Shown here in pieces: positions 10,120 to 20,713 of a DNA stretch of 64,000 bases (position 1 is the stretch's first letter; each line of letters starts with the position of its first letter). This DNA comes from an uncultured Christensenella sp. (lineage in GTDB: Bacteria; Bacillota; Clostridia; Christensenellales; UBA1242): the NCBI GenBank assembly GCA_910584815.1, contig CAJUBT010000005.1, positions 21,222 through 85,221 on the forward strand. Reading direction: 5' to 3'. Both the position numbers and the translations under genes were made by a program. The notes beneath the pieces are model-generated. The model was not told where the DNA came from. It made no database searches and worked only from the letters and a program-made list of their open reading frames with translations.

Positions 10120-11074
10120 AATGGAAAGATTGCCAGAACTTGTTGAAGCAATTTTGTTTGTTGCTGGTCAGGGTGTGGAGATTAAAGATATTGCTGAAAA
10201 ACTAGAAGTAGATGTTAAAGAAATTAAACAGGCGATTGAAACTTTAAAGGAAAAACATAAGGATGATGGCATTAATATTATAACATATAAAAACAGTGCA
10301 CAAATGTGCTCTAACTCTATTTATGCTGAAGATATTGCTGTTGTTTTAAACCCAATAAGAGAAAAACAATTAACTAAAGCAGCACTTGAAACTTTAGCAA
10401 TAATTGCTTATAAACAACCAATAACTAAATTAGAAATAGAACAAGTTAGAAATGTTAACAGTGATTATGCAATGCAGGTTTTAACAAACTTTAAACTTGT
10501 AGAAGTGGTTGGAAGGAAAGATGCTGTTGGTAAGCCTCTTTTATATGGAACTACAGAAGAATTCTTAAAGCACTTTAATTTACAAGATATTGATTCTTTA
10601 CCAGATTATGATGAGATACTTGAACGAATAGAAATTATTCACGCTGAAAGTGCTAAAGGCGACTCATTGTACGGAAGCACAGAAATTATTCCCGAAGACC
10701 AACTTGCAGATGCTAAAACAAATCAAGAAAATGTTGAAAGCGACCAAGCAGTTGATGGAAATAACAAAAATAATAATGATGCTGAAAATGCAAATAAAGA
10801 AAATCAGACTTCAACAGAAACACCAAATTCCACCTCCGACTCGTTGGTTTCAACTGAAGATGCTACAAGTGCTGAAAATTCTCAAATAAATAGCAAAGAA
10901 GAGTCTTTTGATGAAAATGCTAATGAAACTCAAACATTAGAAGTTTCTAATATTAATAACCTTCAAACAGGAGAAGAGGCTGATTTAGAAGCGGTTAAGA
11001 ATACGCTTATTAATGCTAATAACGATGATGAAGATGCAATAATTGATAGTTTTAAAGATAGTGATATATTATAA
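10109..11074 (+). CDS. scpB: Segregation and condensation protein B with a long acidic/Asn-rich C-terminal tail
   Basis: ScpB-like core (LVEAILFVAG..., KPLLYGTTEEFLKHFNL). I prefer the ATG at 10109, preceded by GTGAGG, over the GTG at 10097 in the track. About 130 extra low-complexity residues at the C-terminus. Confidence 0.85.
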   Translation: MQTEMERLPELVEAILFVAGQGVEIKDIAEKLEVDVKEIKQAIETLKEKHKDDGINIITYKNSAQMCSNSIYAEDIAVVLNPIREKQLTKAALETLAIIAYKQPITKLEIEQVRNVNSDYAMQVLTNFKLVEVVGRKDAVGKPLLYGTTEEFLKHFNLQDIDSLPDYDEILERIEIIHAESAKGDSLYGSTEIIPEDQLADAKTNQENVESDQAVDGNNKNNNDAENANKENQTSTETPNSTSDSLVSTEDATSAENSQINSKEESFDENANETQTLEVSNINNLQTGEEADLEAVKNTLINANNDDEDAIIDSFKDSDIL

Positions 11075-11139
11075 TTTTATTAATTTTTTGAATAGTACTA
11101 TGCAAAATTTATACATAATACTATGCTAATTAAAAAATA

Positions 11140-11176
11140 AACCCACTTTTTAGCCTAAAAAAGTGGGTTATTTTGT
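11140..11176. terminator. Bidirectional intrinsic terminator between scpB and the PBP gene
   Basis: 12-bp stem AACCCACTTTTT (11140-11151) / AAAAAGTGGGTT (11158-11169), flanked by an A-run and ATTTTGTG. The PBP stop codon lies in the loop/right arm. Confidence 0.6.
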
Positions 11177-13437
11177 GTCAATAAAATTTTAACTTCATTG
11201 CTTTTATTTGCTTGATTAATTGAAAAGTTATTAATATCATTATTATATTTTGCTATAACATAGTAAGTATAAAGATTTCCTTGTTTTAAAGTTTTGTCAC
11301 AAAACATAATATTTTCATTTTTGTTTTTTATTGTGTCAAGTATTATTTCATTATCATCATCTTTTCTTATAATTTCATATTCAATATAATTATTTGCTTT
11401 AAAACTAATTTCTACATTGTCATTTTCATTTTTAATAACATTTATTTTTATGTCTTCTAATTCATCAAAAATATTAGAAGTTTCTTTTGGCTCATTACCT
11501 AAACTAAACAAAGCTTTAATTTTATATCTATCAGGGGTTGAATCAGAAGCCAACAAAATTTTTTGATTATTATTATATTCTAATGCATTTATTTCTTTTT
11601 CTATAACACTGCCTGGTTTTATATAATTATCTTTCTTTAGTTTTGCTTTGCTATAAAAACTTTGGGCAAGAAGGGTAGGAGTGTTAGCGCCAGTAATGTT
11701 TTTAGGTAACAAGTTTTTGTTATCTGTACTTCCAAACCAAACACAAAGAGTGTTTTGTGGAGTGTAAGATAAACTCCACACATCACTATTTTCTTTATTT
11801 TTATTATTAACTCCAACAGTTCCAGTTTTAGCACAAATGTTGTTATAATTAGCAAGATTCAATTTCCTGCAGGTTCCATTTTTTACACTTTCTTTTAACA
11901 TATCACTAAGTAAGAAAGCTGTGCTTTCCTTAATAACTTGTTTACCTGTTTCGTTATGTTTGTAAATTGTTTTTCCATCTTTGGTCTTAATTTCTTTAAC
12001 AAAACCAATATCAATATATTTTCCGTTATTAGCAAAACATTGATAACAGTTAGTTAAATTTAAAAAATTTAAGCCTTTTGTCATTCCTCCCAAGGCTAGT
12101 GCATAACCATTGTCATTTGCATCAAAATTTATTTTTAATTTACTTGCAAAACTTTTTGCTTTATCTATGCCAACATAATTAAGTAATTTAACGCTAGGCA
12201 CATTTAAAGATTTTGCTAAACAATTTTTGGCACTTGTCCAACCGTGATAGGAATTATTATAATTTTTAGGTTCATATCCATCTATATTTAATTTTTCATC
12301 AAGAATTGGTGTAAGAGGATTAATTATATTATTTTCTAAACAAGGAGCATAAGAAATTATTGGTTTAAAAACAGAACCAGGTTGTCTTGATAAGGTTAGT
12401 AAATCATAATCACTTTTCCCACTAAAAGCATTAATTCCGCCTGTTTTATTATCTACACTTATAATTAAGCCATTTGCATTTTCTTGTTTGCAATATGCAC
12501 TAGAATTATTCATTTCTTCATCAGCAATTTTTTGCAAGTCTTCATTTTGATATGTATAAATTTTATATTCATTTAACATAAGGTCTTTTTCATTTAGTTT
12601 TAAAATTTTACAAGCTTCATTTATGCTAGCAGAATAATAACTATTACTTCCAAGACAACTTCTATTAAGTTTTAAATTCAACTCGCTATTTTTTGTTTTA
12701 TTATATACTTCATCAGATATTTTTTTATCTTTAAACATCTGATGTAACACTAAATCTCGCCTTTTTTTACATTCTTCTGGATGTGTAATTGGAGAATATT
12801 TACTAGGCGATTTAATAATACCTGCAAGAGTAGCCCCTTCCTCAAGACTTAAATCTTTGGCATCTTTACTGAAATATCGTTGAGAAGCATTATTTATTCC
12901 AAAAGCGCCACCTCCAAAGTAAATTGCATTTAAATAAGATGTCATAATTTCATTCTTACTCAAACTTTTTTCTAACTTTTGGGTTAGTAAAAGTTCGTTA
13001 ATTTTTCTTTTAAAAGTTTTCTCATTTGTTAGGTGAGTGTTTTTTACAACCTGTTGACTGATTGTAGAAGCACCTTCTTTTAAACTTTTACTTTTAATGT
13101 TTTTAATTGTTGAACTTAGCATTCGCTTATAATTTACACCTTTATGTTTATAAAAACTTTTATCTTCTATACTAACAAAGGCTTCAACAACATTTTTAGG
13201 AATTTCTTCTACATTAATATTTTTTTGTTTTATATTACTTGTTAACAACTTGTTATTGTTATTAAAAACTGCAATTTCTGCATTTTCATAATTTAATTTA
13301 TTTTTATCAAATTTTACACTCGAAAAATTGCTTAAAAAACCGAAGTTAAACAAACAAAATGTAACAAGCCATAAAAAAAGAATTGATAAAGTTAAATATT
13401 TTGTTAATCCCCAAAATTTTTTATGTTTTACTTCCAT
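11155..13437 (-). CDS. Class A penicillin-binding protein (glycosyltransferase + transpeptidase)
   Basis: 760 aa. N-terminal TM, GT51 motifs EDKSFYKHKGV, GASTISQQ and RKINE, transpeptidase SVFKP (SxxK) and KTGT, plus a C-terminal extension. Confidence 0.9.
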   Translation of the reverse strand: MEVKHKKFWGLTKYLTLSILFLWLVTFCLFNFGFLSNFSSVKFDKNKLNYENAEIAVFNNNNKLLTSNIKQKNINVEEIPKNVVEAFVSIEDKSFYKHKGVNYKRMLSSTIKNIKSKSLKEGASTISQQVVKNTHLTNEKTFKRKINELLLTQKLEKSLSKNEIMTSYLNAIYFGGGAFGINNASQRYFSKDAKDLSLEEGATLAGIIKSPSKYSPITHPEECKKRRDLVLHQMFKDKKISDEVYNKTKNSELNLKLNRSCLGSNSYYSASINEACKILKLNEKDLMLNEYKIYTYQNEDLQKIADEEMNNSSAYCKQENANGLIISVDNKTGGINAFSGKSDYDLLTLSRQPGSVFKPIISYAPCLENNIINPLTPILDEKLNIDGYEPKNYNNSYHGWTSAKNCLAKSLNVPSVKLLNYVGIDKAKSFASKLKINFDANDNGYALALGGMTKGLNFLNLTNCYQCFANNGKYIDIGFVKEIKTKDGKTIYKHNETGKQVIKESTAFLLSDMLKESVKNGTCRKLNLANYNNICAKTGTVGVNNKNKENSDVWSLSYTPQNTLCVWFGSTDNKNLLPKNITGANTPTLLAQSFYSKAKLKKDNYIKPGSVIEKEINALEYNNNQKILLASDSTPDRYKIKALFSLGNEPKETSNIFDELEDIKINVIKNENDNVEISFKANNYIEYEIIRKDDDNEIILDTIKNKNENIMFCDKTLKQGNLYTYYVIAKYNNDINNFSINQANKSNEVKILLTQNNPLF

Positions 13438-13519
13438 AATATTATTATTTAAAATATTTTATTATTTATTCTTAGGTTTTCTCTTGAATAATTTTGTCAA
13501 ATTTTATATAATAAAATCT

Positions 13520-14845
13520 ATGGAAACAAAAAAATATTTAATAGAAACATTTGGTTGCCAAATGAATATTCACGATAGTGAAAAAATAGCTGGTATGTTA
13601 AGGAACTTGGGTTATGAAGAAACTCAAGATAAGTTTAATGCCGATATAATTGTATTTAATACTTGTTGTATTAGAGAATCCGCCGAACTAAAAATAATGG
13701 CAAAAATAGGAGATATAAAAGCCATTAAAAAGCAAAACAAAAATTTAATTGTTGTTGTTTGCGGTTGTATGACACAACAAAAAGGTATGCCAGAAAATTT
13801 AAAGAAAAAATTTCCTTTTATAAACATAATTATGGGTACTCACAATTTAGAAGAACTTGAAAATTATATAAATAAATTTAATGCTACTCATAAATCTTTT
13901 AGTGATGTTTGGGAGAAGGAAAAGGAAATTAAAGAACAAACAAATGTTTATAGAACAAGTAAATACAATGCTTGGGTTAACATTATGTATGGCTGTAATA
14001 ACTTTTGTACATATTGCATTGTTCCTTATGTTAGAGGTAGAGAACGAAGCCGAAAGGTTGAAGACATTAAAGAAGAAGTTAAAAATCTTGTTGCTAGTAA
14101 AAAATATAAAACAATAACATTGCTTGGGCAAAATGTAAATTCATATGGCTTAGATTTTAAAGATGGGAAAACAAATTTTATTACCTTGTTGAAAGAATTA
14201 AGTACCCTTGAAGGTGATTTTAAAATAAAGTTTATGACTTCTCATCCAAAAGATTTTTCTTTTGAATTAATTGATTATATTGCAAGCAACAATAAAATAT
14301 CTAAATCGATACATTTACCTGTTCAAAGCGGTAGTAATGCAATTTTAAAGTCAATGAACAGGCATTATACAATTGAACATTACAAAGAATTAGTTGATAG
14401 AATATATTCTAAAATTCCAAATGCAACTATAACAACAGACATTATAGTTGGGTTCCCTGGTGAAACAGATGAAGATTTTATTTCAACTTGTAACTTGCTT
14501 GAATATTGTAACTATTCTGGAGTTTTTGGGTTTGTATATTCAAAACGCAAAGGAACCCCCGCTGAAAAGTTTGAAAATCAAGTTCCAATAAATGTTAAGA
14601 GAGAAAGAATAACAAAACTTTTTGACATCCAACATAAAATCGTGAAAAAACTTAGCGACCAATTGGTTGGGAAGGAAATAGAAGTTTTAATAGAAGATAA
14701 AGTTAAAAATTTTTATATAGGTAAAACTGAAGCTGGCAAAACAATAAAAATTAAGGATGAAGACTTGCAAGTTGGCGAATTTTATAAAGTAAGAATAAAT
14801 AAAGCCCTTACTAACGATTTAGTTGGTGAAATTATAAAATGTTAA
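13520..14845 (+). CDS. miaB: tRNA-i6A37 methylthiotransferase MiaB
   Basis: Conserved start METKKYLIETFGCQMN. Radical-SAM CNNFCTYC and a C-terminal TRAM-like domain. The 64-codon N-terminal extension in the track (from 13328) overlaps the divergent PBP gene and is rejected. Confidence 0.88.
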   Translation: METKKYLIETFGCQMNIHDSEKIAGMLRNLGYEETQDKFNADIIVFNTCCIRESAELKIMAKIGDIKAIKKQNKNLIVVVCGCMTQQKGMPENLKKKFPFINIIMGTHNLEELENYINKFNATHKSFSDVWEKEKEIKEQTNVYRTSKYNAWVNIMYGCNNFCTYCIVPYVRGRERSRKVEDIKEEVKNLVASKKYKTITLLGQNVNSYGLDFKDGKTNFITLLKELSTLEGDFKIKFMTSHPKDFSFELIDYIASNNKISKSIHLPVQSGSNAILKSMNRHYTIEHYKELVDRIYSKIPNATITTDIIVGFPGETDEDFISTCNLLEYCNYSGVFGFVYSKRKGTPAEKFENQVPINVKRERITKLFDIQHKIVKKLSDQLVGKEIEVLIEDKVKNFYIGKTEAGKTIKIKDEDLQVGEFYKVRINKALTNDLVGEIIKC

Positions 14846-15132
14846 TTTTTTAAACATACAACTCAAATTAATTTTCTAGATTACATAGAAATAAGATTTT
14901 AGTTTGTTTTATAAAAAAAAGTTTATTAATTATTTATCATTAAAAATTATTTTTTTAAAATACAGTTTAATTATTTTATAATTTTTAAACATCACTAAAA
15001 TTAAATTTTTTAAATTTCTTACTATCTTAGAAAATTAACTATTTTAAATAATATAAATCCACTAAGTTTATTGATATTTATTTTTAAAAGTAAAAATTAA
15101 CTATTATAAACTAAACAAAAGAGATAAATTTT

Positions 15133-17751
15133 ATGAGTGAACAAATTAGAATATCACAAGTTATAGATGATGGGAAAGTTTCCCCAATGATGAAAAAATA
15201 TTTTGAAGCAAAAAAGAAATATCCTGATTGCTTAATATTTTGTAGGCTTGGCGATTTTTATGAATTATTTTTTGAAGATGCACAGGTAGCCTCTAAAATA
15301 TTAGATATAGCATTAACAGGTAGAAACTGTGGATTGGAAGAAAAAGCCCCTATGTGTGGGGTGCCTTATCACGCAGTAGATGGTTACATTGCAAAACTTA
15401 TTGAAAAAGGTTATAAGGTTGCTTTATACGACCAACTAACAGAGCCTGTGCCAGGGAAATTGGTTGAGCGAGATGTTACAAGAGTAATAACTTCGGGAAC
15501 AGTTATTGAAACAGATATATTAGATGAAAAAGTTAGTAACTATATACTATCTATTTATAAAAAGAATGAAGTTATAGGAGTTGCTTATTGTGATGTGTCT
15601 ACTGGTGAGTTTAGAGTAAGTGAATTAAAAACAGATGCAACACAAAAATGTGTAGATTTATTATCTAGAATAAGACCTGCAGAGATTATATGTAATGATG
15701 AAATGTATGATTTATCATTTGATAAAAATTTTAAAGCTTTAGATTTTCTTCCAAGTTTTTCAAAACAATTAGATTATTTTTTTGATGAACAAAGTGCCAT
15801 AGAAAAAATAAATAAGCAATTTAAAATATCATCTTTGCAAGGTCACGATTTTAGCAATTTAAAATGTGCTATTGTTGCAGTTGGAGGGCTTTTAAGTTAT
15901 TTATTAGAAACTCAAAAACGCAATTTAAACCATATAAACAAAATAATAACTGAAAACCATAGCGATTATATGAATTTAGATTATAACGCTTGTAAAAATT
16001 TAGAGTTAATAGAAAATATAAGAGATAGTAAAAAGAAAGGTTCATTATTAGGTCATTTAAACAAAACAAAAACAGCTATGGGCTCTAGATTAATGCAAAA
16101 ATGGATATTGCAACCTTTACAAGATTCAGTTGAAATTAATAATAGATTAGATGTAGTTGAAGAATTGTTTTACAATCCAATAATTTTGAATGATATGCAA
16201 GCAGTTATTTCAAACATAAATGATATTGCAAGAACTTGTTCTAAAATTTCCTATGGTACTATAATGCCAAGAGATTGCGTTAGTTTAAAGAACTCGCTAT
16301 TATCGGTAGTTGACCTTAGTAACATTATTAAAAGTCTTAAAAATAAAAAATTTACTACTTTGTTTAAAGATATTGAATCTGTTAAAAATATTGCAATGTT
16401 ATTAGATAGTGCTTTTATAGATAATCCACCAAATATTCTTGTTAATGGTGGGTTTATTAGGGAAGATTTTAATGAAGAACTTTATAGTTTAAAAAATGCA
16501 TCCACAGAGGCAAAGAATTGGCTTTCTGCAATAGAAGCTAAGGAAAGGGAAGAAACAGGCATAAAAAACCTTAAAATAGGCTATTCTCGTGTTATTGGAT
16601 ATTTTATAGAGATAAATAAATCACAAGGGGCTCAAGTCCCATATAGATATACACGAAAGCAAACAATATCTAATCACGAAAGGTTTGTTACAGATGAGTT
16701 AAAGGAATTAGAGGAAAAAATTTTAAATTCTCAGGATGCTGCAATTAAATTAGAAACAATTATATATGATAGGATAAAAGATCAACTTAAAGATTTAGTG
16801 GAAATAATTCAAGAAGTTGCAAATGATGTTGCTTTCTTAGATGTAATTTGTGCTCTTGTTGTAGTTTCTCAAACTTATCAGTATGTAAGACCTAAAATTA
16901 ATAAAGACATCAGCTACATTAAAATAGAAAATGGAAGGCATCCAATTGTAGAAGCAATTTTAAAAAATGAATCTTTTGTTCCTAATGATGTATATCTTGA
17001 TGATAAAGATGATAGAACATTAATTATTACTGGACCAAATATGGCTGGTAAAAGCACTTATATGCGTCAAATTGCTTTAATAGTTATTTTGGCACATATT
17101 GGTTGCTTTGTTCCTGCAACTAATGCAGAAATCCCTATTACAGATAGAATTTTTACAAGAATAGGTGCTAGTGATGACCTTAACAATGGACAAAGCACTT
17201 TTATGGTTGAAATGGTTGAGGTTGCTAACATTTTAAATAATGCAACATCAAATAGCCTTGTGTTGTTAGATGAAGTAGGTAGAGGAACTTCCACCTATGA
17301 TGGTATGAGCATTGCTTGGGCAGTGTTAGAGTATGTTTCTCAAAAAATAAGGTGTAAAACTCTTTTTTCAACACATTATCACGAAATAACAAGTCTTGAA
17401 GGAAAACTAGAGGGAGTTAAGAATTATCAAATTAGTGTGAAGGAATTTAACAATTCTATAATTTTTTTAAGAAAAATTGTTAGGGGCAGTGCTAATAAAA
17501 GTTTTGGTATAGAAGTTGCTAGTTTATCTGGAATATATAGTGATATTATTTTGCGTGCAAAAGCAATACTTAATAGTTTAGAAAAAAATTCTGTTAAACT
17601 AGATTTATCTAAGGTAGAAGAAAAGATTGTAGTTACAGATGTTGAAAAAGAAAATATGTTTAATAAAGTTAAAAGTTTAGATATTAATAGACTAACGCCA
17701 ATGGAAGCTTTTGAAATATTGGCTGAAATGAATAAAAAATTAAATGGCTAA
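15133..17751 (+). CDS. mutS: DNA mismatch repair protein MutS
   Basis: 872 aa. Mismatch-binding N-terminus (GDFYELFFEDA), Walker A GPNMAGKST, DEVGRGTSTYDG. Confidence 0.95.
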   Translation: MSEQIRISQVIDDGKVSPMMKKYFEAKKKYPDCLIFCRLGDFYELFFEDAQVASKILDIALTGRNCGLEEKAPMCGVPYHAVDGYIAKLIEKGYKVALYDQLTEPVPGKLVERDVTRVITSGTVIETDILDEKVSNYILSIYKKNEVIGVAYCDVSTGEFRVSELKTDATQKCVDLLSRIRPAEIICNDEMYDLSFDKNFKALDFLPSFSKQLDYFFDEQSAIEKINKQFKISSLQGHDFSNLKCAIVAVGGLLSYLLETQKRNLNHINKIITENHSDYMNLDYNACKNLELIENIRDSKKKGSLLGHLNKTKTAMGSRLMQKWILQPLQDSVEINNRLDVVEELFYNPIILNDMQAVISNINDIARTCSKISYGTIMPRDCVSLKNSLLSVVDLSNIIKSLKNKKFTTLFKDIESVKNIAMLLDSAFIDNPPNILVNGGFIREDFNEELYSLKNASTEAKNWLSAIEAKEREETGIKNLKIGYSRVIGYFIEINKSQGAQVPYRYTRKQTISNHERFVTDELKELEEKILNSQDAAIKLETIIYDRIKDQLKDLVEIIQEVANDVAFLDVICALVVVSQTYQYVRPKINKDISYIKIENGRHPIVEAILKNESFVPNDVYLDDKDDRTLIITGPNMAGKSTYMRQIALIVILAHIGCFVPATNAEIPITDRIFTRIGASDDLNNGQSTFMVEMVEVANILNNATSNSLVLLDEVGRGTSTYDGMSIAWAVLEYVSQKIRCKTLFSTHYHEITSLEGKLEGVKNYQISVKEFNNSIIFLRKIVRGSANKSFGIEVASLSGIYSDIILRAKAILNSLEKNSVKLDLSKVEEKIVVTDVEKENMFNKVKSLDINRLTPMEAFEILAEMNKKLNG

Positions 17752-17791
17752 AATTTAATATAAACAAAAGAATAGATAAAGGTTTAGTTTT

Positions 17792-19774
17792 ATGTCAAGA
17801 ATTAATGTTTTAGATAGTTCAATTTATAATAGAATATCTGCTGGAGAGGTTGTTGAAAGACCTGCTTCTGTTGTTAAAGAACTAATAGAAAACTCTTTAG
17901 ATGCTAAAGCAAGTAGCATAACCATTGAAATTAAAGCAGGTGGAATAAAATTAATTAAAATAACAGATAATGGTGTTGGTCTTGAATATGAAGATTTAAA
18001 GAAAGCTTTTTTACCTCACGCAACAAGTAAAATCTCTAATGTTGAAGACTTAGATAGCATTGCTACTTTAGGCTTTAGAGGGGAGGCTCTTGCAAGCATT
18101 AGTGCTGTTTCACGAGTTGAAATGTATTCAAAAACATTAGAAAGTGAAGTTGGGGGCAAGATAATAGTAAATGGTGGCGCATTCGAAGAGGTTACAGAAT
18201 ATGGATGTACAGATGGTACTACTATTATAGTTAAGGATTTATTTTATAACACTCCAGCAAGGTTGAAGTTCCTTAAAGGTGTTAAACAGGAAGAAAATGC
18301 AATAACGAACATTATAAACCGATTGATTTTGGCTAATCCAAATATTGCTTTTAAATATATTGTTGATGATAAAGTTATTTATAATTCAATTCAAAAAGGG
18401 CTAGAGGCTAAAATTTATGATGTTTATGGGAAAGATTATGTTACTAATTTAATAAAAATTAATGTTAAAAATGGACTTTATAAGTTAAATGGCTTTATTT
18501 CTTTGCCAAGTTTTTGTAAAGCAAATAAAACTTATCAGACATTAATCGTTAATGGAAGATATGTAACAAATTCTCTTATTTCAGTTGCAGTATCCAATGC
18601 ATATGAAAATTTTTTAATGAAAGGAAAGTTTCCTGTTTTTATTATTAATATTGAAGTTGATTGTAGAGATATTGATGTTAATGTTCATCCAAGTAAAATG
18701 GAAGTTAAGTTTAAAGATACAAAGAATATTTTTGCTCTGGTTTATGAAAGTATTTTGCAAACTCTAAACGAAAATAATTGCCCTGTTACTTTTCAATCAA
18801 GTTCAAAAATTTTAGATTCTGAACAATTTTATAACTTTAAAAATCAGCAAGATACTAAGCCAGATGAAACTTTGAAAAAAGTGACAGGAGGCTTTAGTTT
18901 TAACGATTTTAAAAATTTCAGTAATGAAATTAATAGTATAAATGCTTCAGTGCCAGTTTATAAAAATGAAGGTATTAGTGTTTTAAGAAGCAATTATACC
19001 AATGAGTGTAGTAAATATTTACAAAAGCAAGATAATCTTTCTAATTTAAACGAAAACAAGGTTCAAGATAACAATAGAAATGTTAATGATTTTGAAAATA
19101 CATCAAAAAATTTAAATAATAAGTATAGGCAACCTAATATTGATTTTAATTCAAGTGATGCTTATAAAAAAGAAAGTTTAGTTCAACAGAAAATTGATGA
19201 AACTATTAATTATAAAATTATAGGTACCTTGTTTAATACTTATATAATAGTTGAAAGTAATAACACTGCTTATGTTTTTGATCAACACGCAGGGCACGAA
19301 AGAATTCTATTTGACAACTTAATTAAAATGTTTGAAGAAAAGAAATTAATTAGTCAACCCTTACTTTTACCATATGTGTTTACAGTCAATGAAATTGAAG
19401 ATGATTTAATACAAAATAATTTTAAAAGTTTTGAAAACTTTGGGTTTGAAATAGAACCTTTTGGGAATTGCACTTATAAAATTTCTTCAATTCCTAGCGT
19501 TTTAGATGGAATAAATTTAAAAGAGTTTATAAATGATATGTTAAGCAACACAATTAAAATTTCAGCCACAAATGAACAAATTAAAAATAAATTTGCAACT
19601 ATGGCCTGTAAAGCAGCCATAAAGGGTGGGCAAAAATTAAGTGAAAGGGAGATAGAAATACTATTGAAAAAGGTTCTATCTAATAACACAACACTATTAT
19701 GCCCACACGGAAGACCAATTTGTGTTAAATTAACAGAATATGAAATTGAAAAAATGTTTAAAAGGATTGTCTGA
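17792..19774 (+). CDS. mutL: DNA mismatch repair protein MutL
   Basis: 660 aa. GHKL ATPase motifs (ELIENSLDA, DNGVG), Asn-rich linker, C-terminal DQHAGHERILFD endonuclease/dimerisation region. Confidence 0.93.
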   Translation: MSRINVLDSSIYNRISAGEVVERPASVVKELIENSLDAKASSITIEIKAGGIKLIKITDNGVGLEYEDLKKAFLPHATSKISNVEDLDSIATLGFRGEALASISAVSRVEMYSKTLESEVGGKIIVNGGAFEEVTEYGCTDGTTIIVKDLFYNTPARLKFLKGVKQEENAITNIINRLILANPNIAFKYIVDDKVIYNSIQKGLEAKIYDVYGKDYVTNLIKINVKNGLYKLNGFISLPSFCKANKTYQTLIVNGRYVTNSLISVAVSNAYENFLMKGKFPVFIINIEVDCRDIDVNVHPSKMEVKFKDTKNIFALVYESILQTLNENNCPVTFQSSSKILDSEQFYNFKNQQDTKPDETLKKVTGGFSFNDFKNFSNEINSINASVPVYKNEGISVLRSNYTNECSKYLQKQDNLSNLNENKVQDNNRNVNDFENTSKNLNNKYRQPNIDFNSSDAYKKESLVQQKIDETINYKIIGTLFNTYIIVESNNTAYVFDQHAGHERILFDNLIKMFEEKKLISQPLLLPYVFTVNEIEDDLIQNNFKSFENFGFEIEPFGNCTYKISSIPSVLDGINLKEFINDMLSNTIKISATNEQIKNKFATMACKAAIKGGQKLSEREIEILLKKVLSNNTTLLCPHGRPICVKLTEYEIEKMFKRIV

Positions 19775-20712
19775 TGGGAAAAAATACAGTTTTAGTTATT
19801 ACTGGCCCAACAGCTAGTGGTAAAACAGAAATAGGCATAAAATGTGCAAATATGTTTAATGGTGAGATTATTTCAGCGGATTCTATGCAAATTTATAAAA
19901 AACTTAACATTGGCACTGCAAAAGCAACTGAAATTGAAAAAAAACGAGCAAAACACCATATGCTAGATGTTATTGACCCAGATAAATCATATAGTGTACA
20001 AGAGTTTGTTAATGAAACAAAGCAAATAATAGATAACCTTTTTATGCAAGATAAGTTGCCAATTATAGTTGGTGGAACGGGTTTATATATAAAATCTTTA
20101 TTATATCCATATTCTTTTTGCAATGTTAACAAGAATGATGAAGTAAGAGAAAAATATAATAACATTTTAAAAACTTATGGAAAGGAATATTTGTATAATT
20201 TGCTTAAAACGAATGACCCTAAGAGTTGTGAAAAAATTCATATGAATGATACAAAACGCGTTATAAGAGCTCTTGAAATTTTTGAAGTTTCTGGACAAGA
20301 AAAAACAAAGTTGAATGATATAGACTTTAATAATGGGAATTTTAAAGACTTAAATTATAATTGTATTTTTATAGTTTTAGATATTCCAAGAGAAGAACTA
20401 TATAACAGGATAAATTTGCGTGTTGAAAAAATGTTTGAAGCAGGTTTATTAGATGAAGTTAAAACTTTACTTGCTGAAAATATAGTTAGCGAAGATTGTC
20501 AAAGTATGCAAGCAATAGGATATAAAGAATTTTTTAAGTATTTTAAAGGAGAAATAAACTTAGAGGAACTTAAGGAATTAATTGCTAAAGATACTAGGAA
20601 TTATGCTAAAAGACAACTTACATTCTTTAGAGGATTTAAAAATGCCAAATGGTTTAATCCATTAACAGAAAAAGAAGAAATTTTTGAATATATAAAAAAG
20701 GAACTAGTATAG
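19774..20712 (+). CDS. miaA: tRNA dimethylallyltransferase MiaA
   Basis: 312 aa. P-loop GPTASGKT and ISADSMQIYK. The ATG overlaps the mutL stop (TGATG). Confidence 0.92.
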   Translation: MGKNTVLVITGPTASGKTEIGIKCANMFNGEIISADSMQIYKKLNIGTAKATEIEKKRAKHHMLDVIDPDKSYSVQEFVNETKQIIDNLFMQDKLPIIVGGTGLYIKSLLYPYSFCNVNKNDEVREKYNNILKTYGKEYLYNLLKTNDPKSCEKIHMNDTKRVIRALEIFEVSGQEKTKLNDIDFNNGNFKDLNYNCIFIVLDIPREELYNRINLRVEKMFEAGLLDEVKTLLAENIVSEDCQSMQAIGYKEFFKYFKGEINLEELKELIAKDTRNYAKRQLTFFRGFKNAKWFNPLTEKEEIFEYIKKELV

Positions 20713-20713
20713 T

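Noticed and set aside
13328-13519. 64-codon N-terminal extension of MiaB in the ORF track
   Set aside because: It overlaps the 5' end of the divergent PBP gene, is hydrophobic junk-like sequence, and precedes the conserved MiaB start METKKYLIETFGCQMN at 13520.
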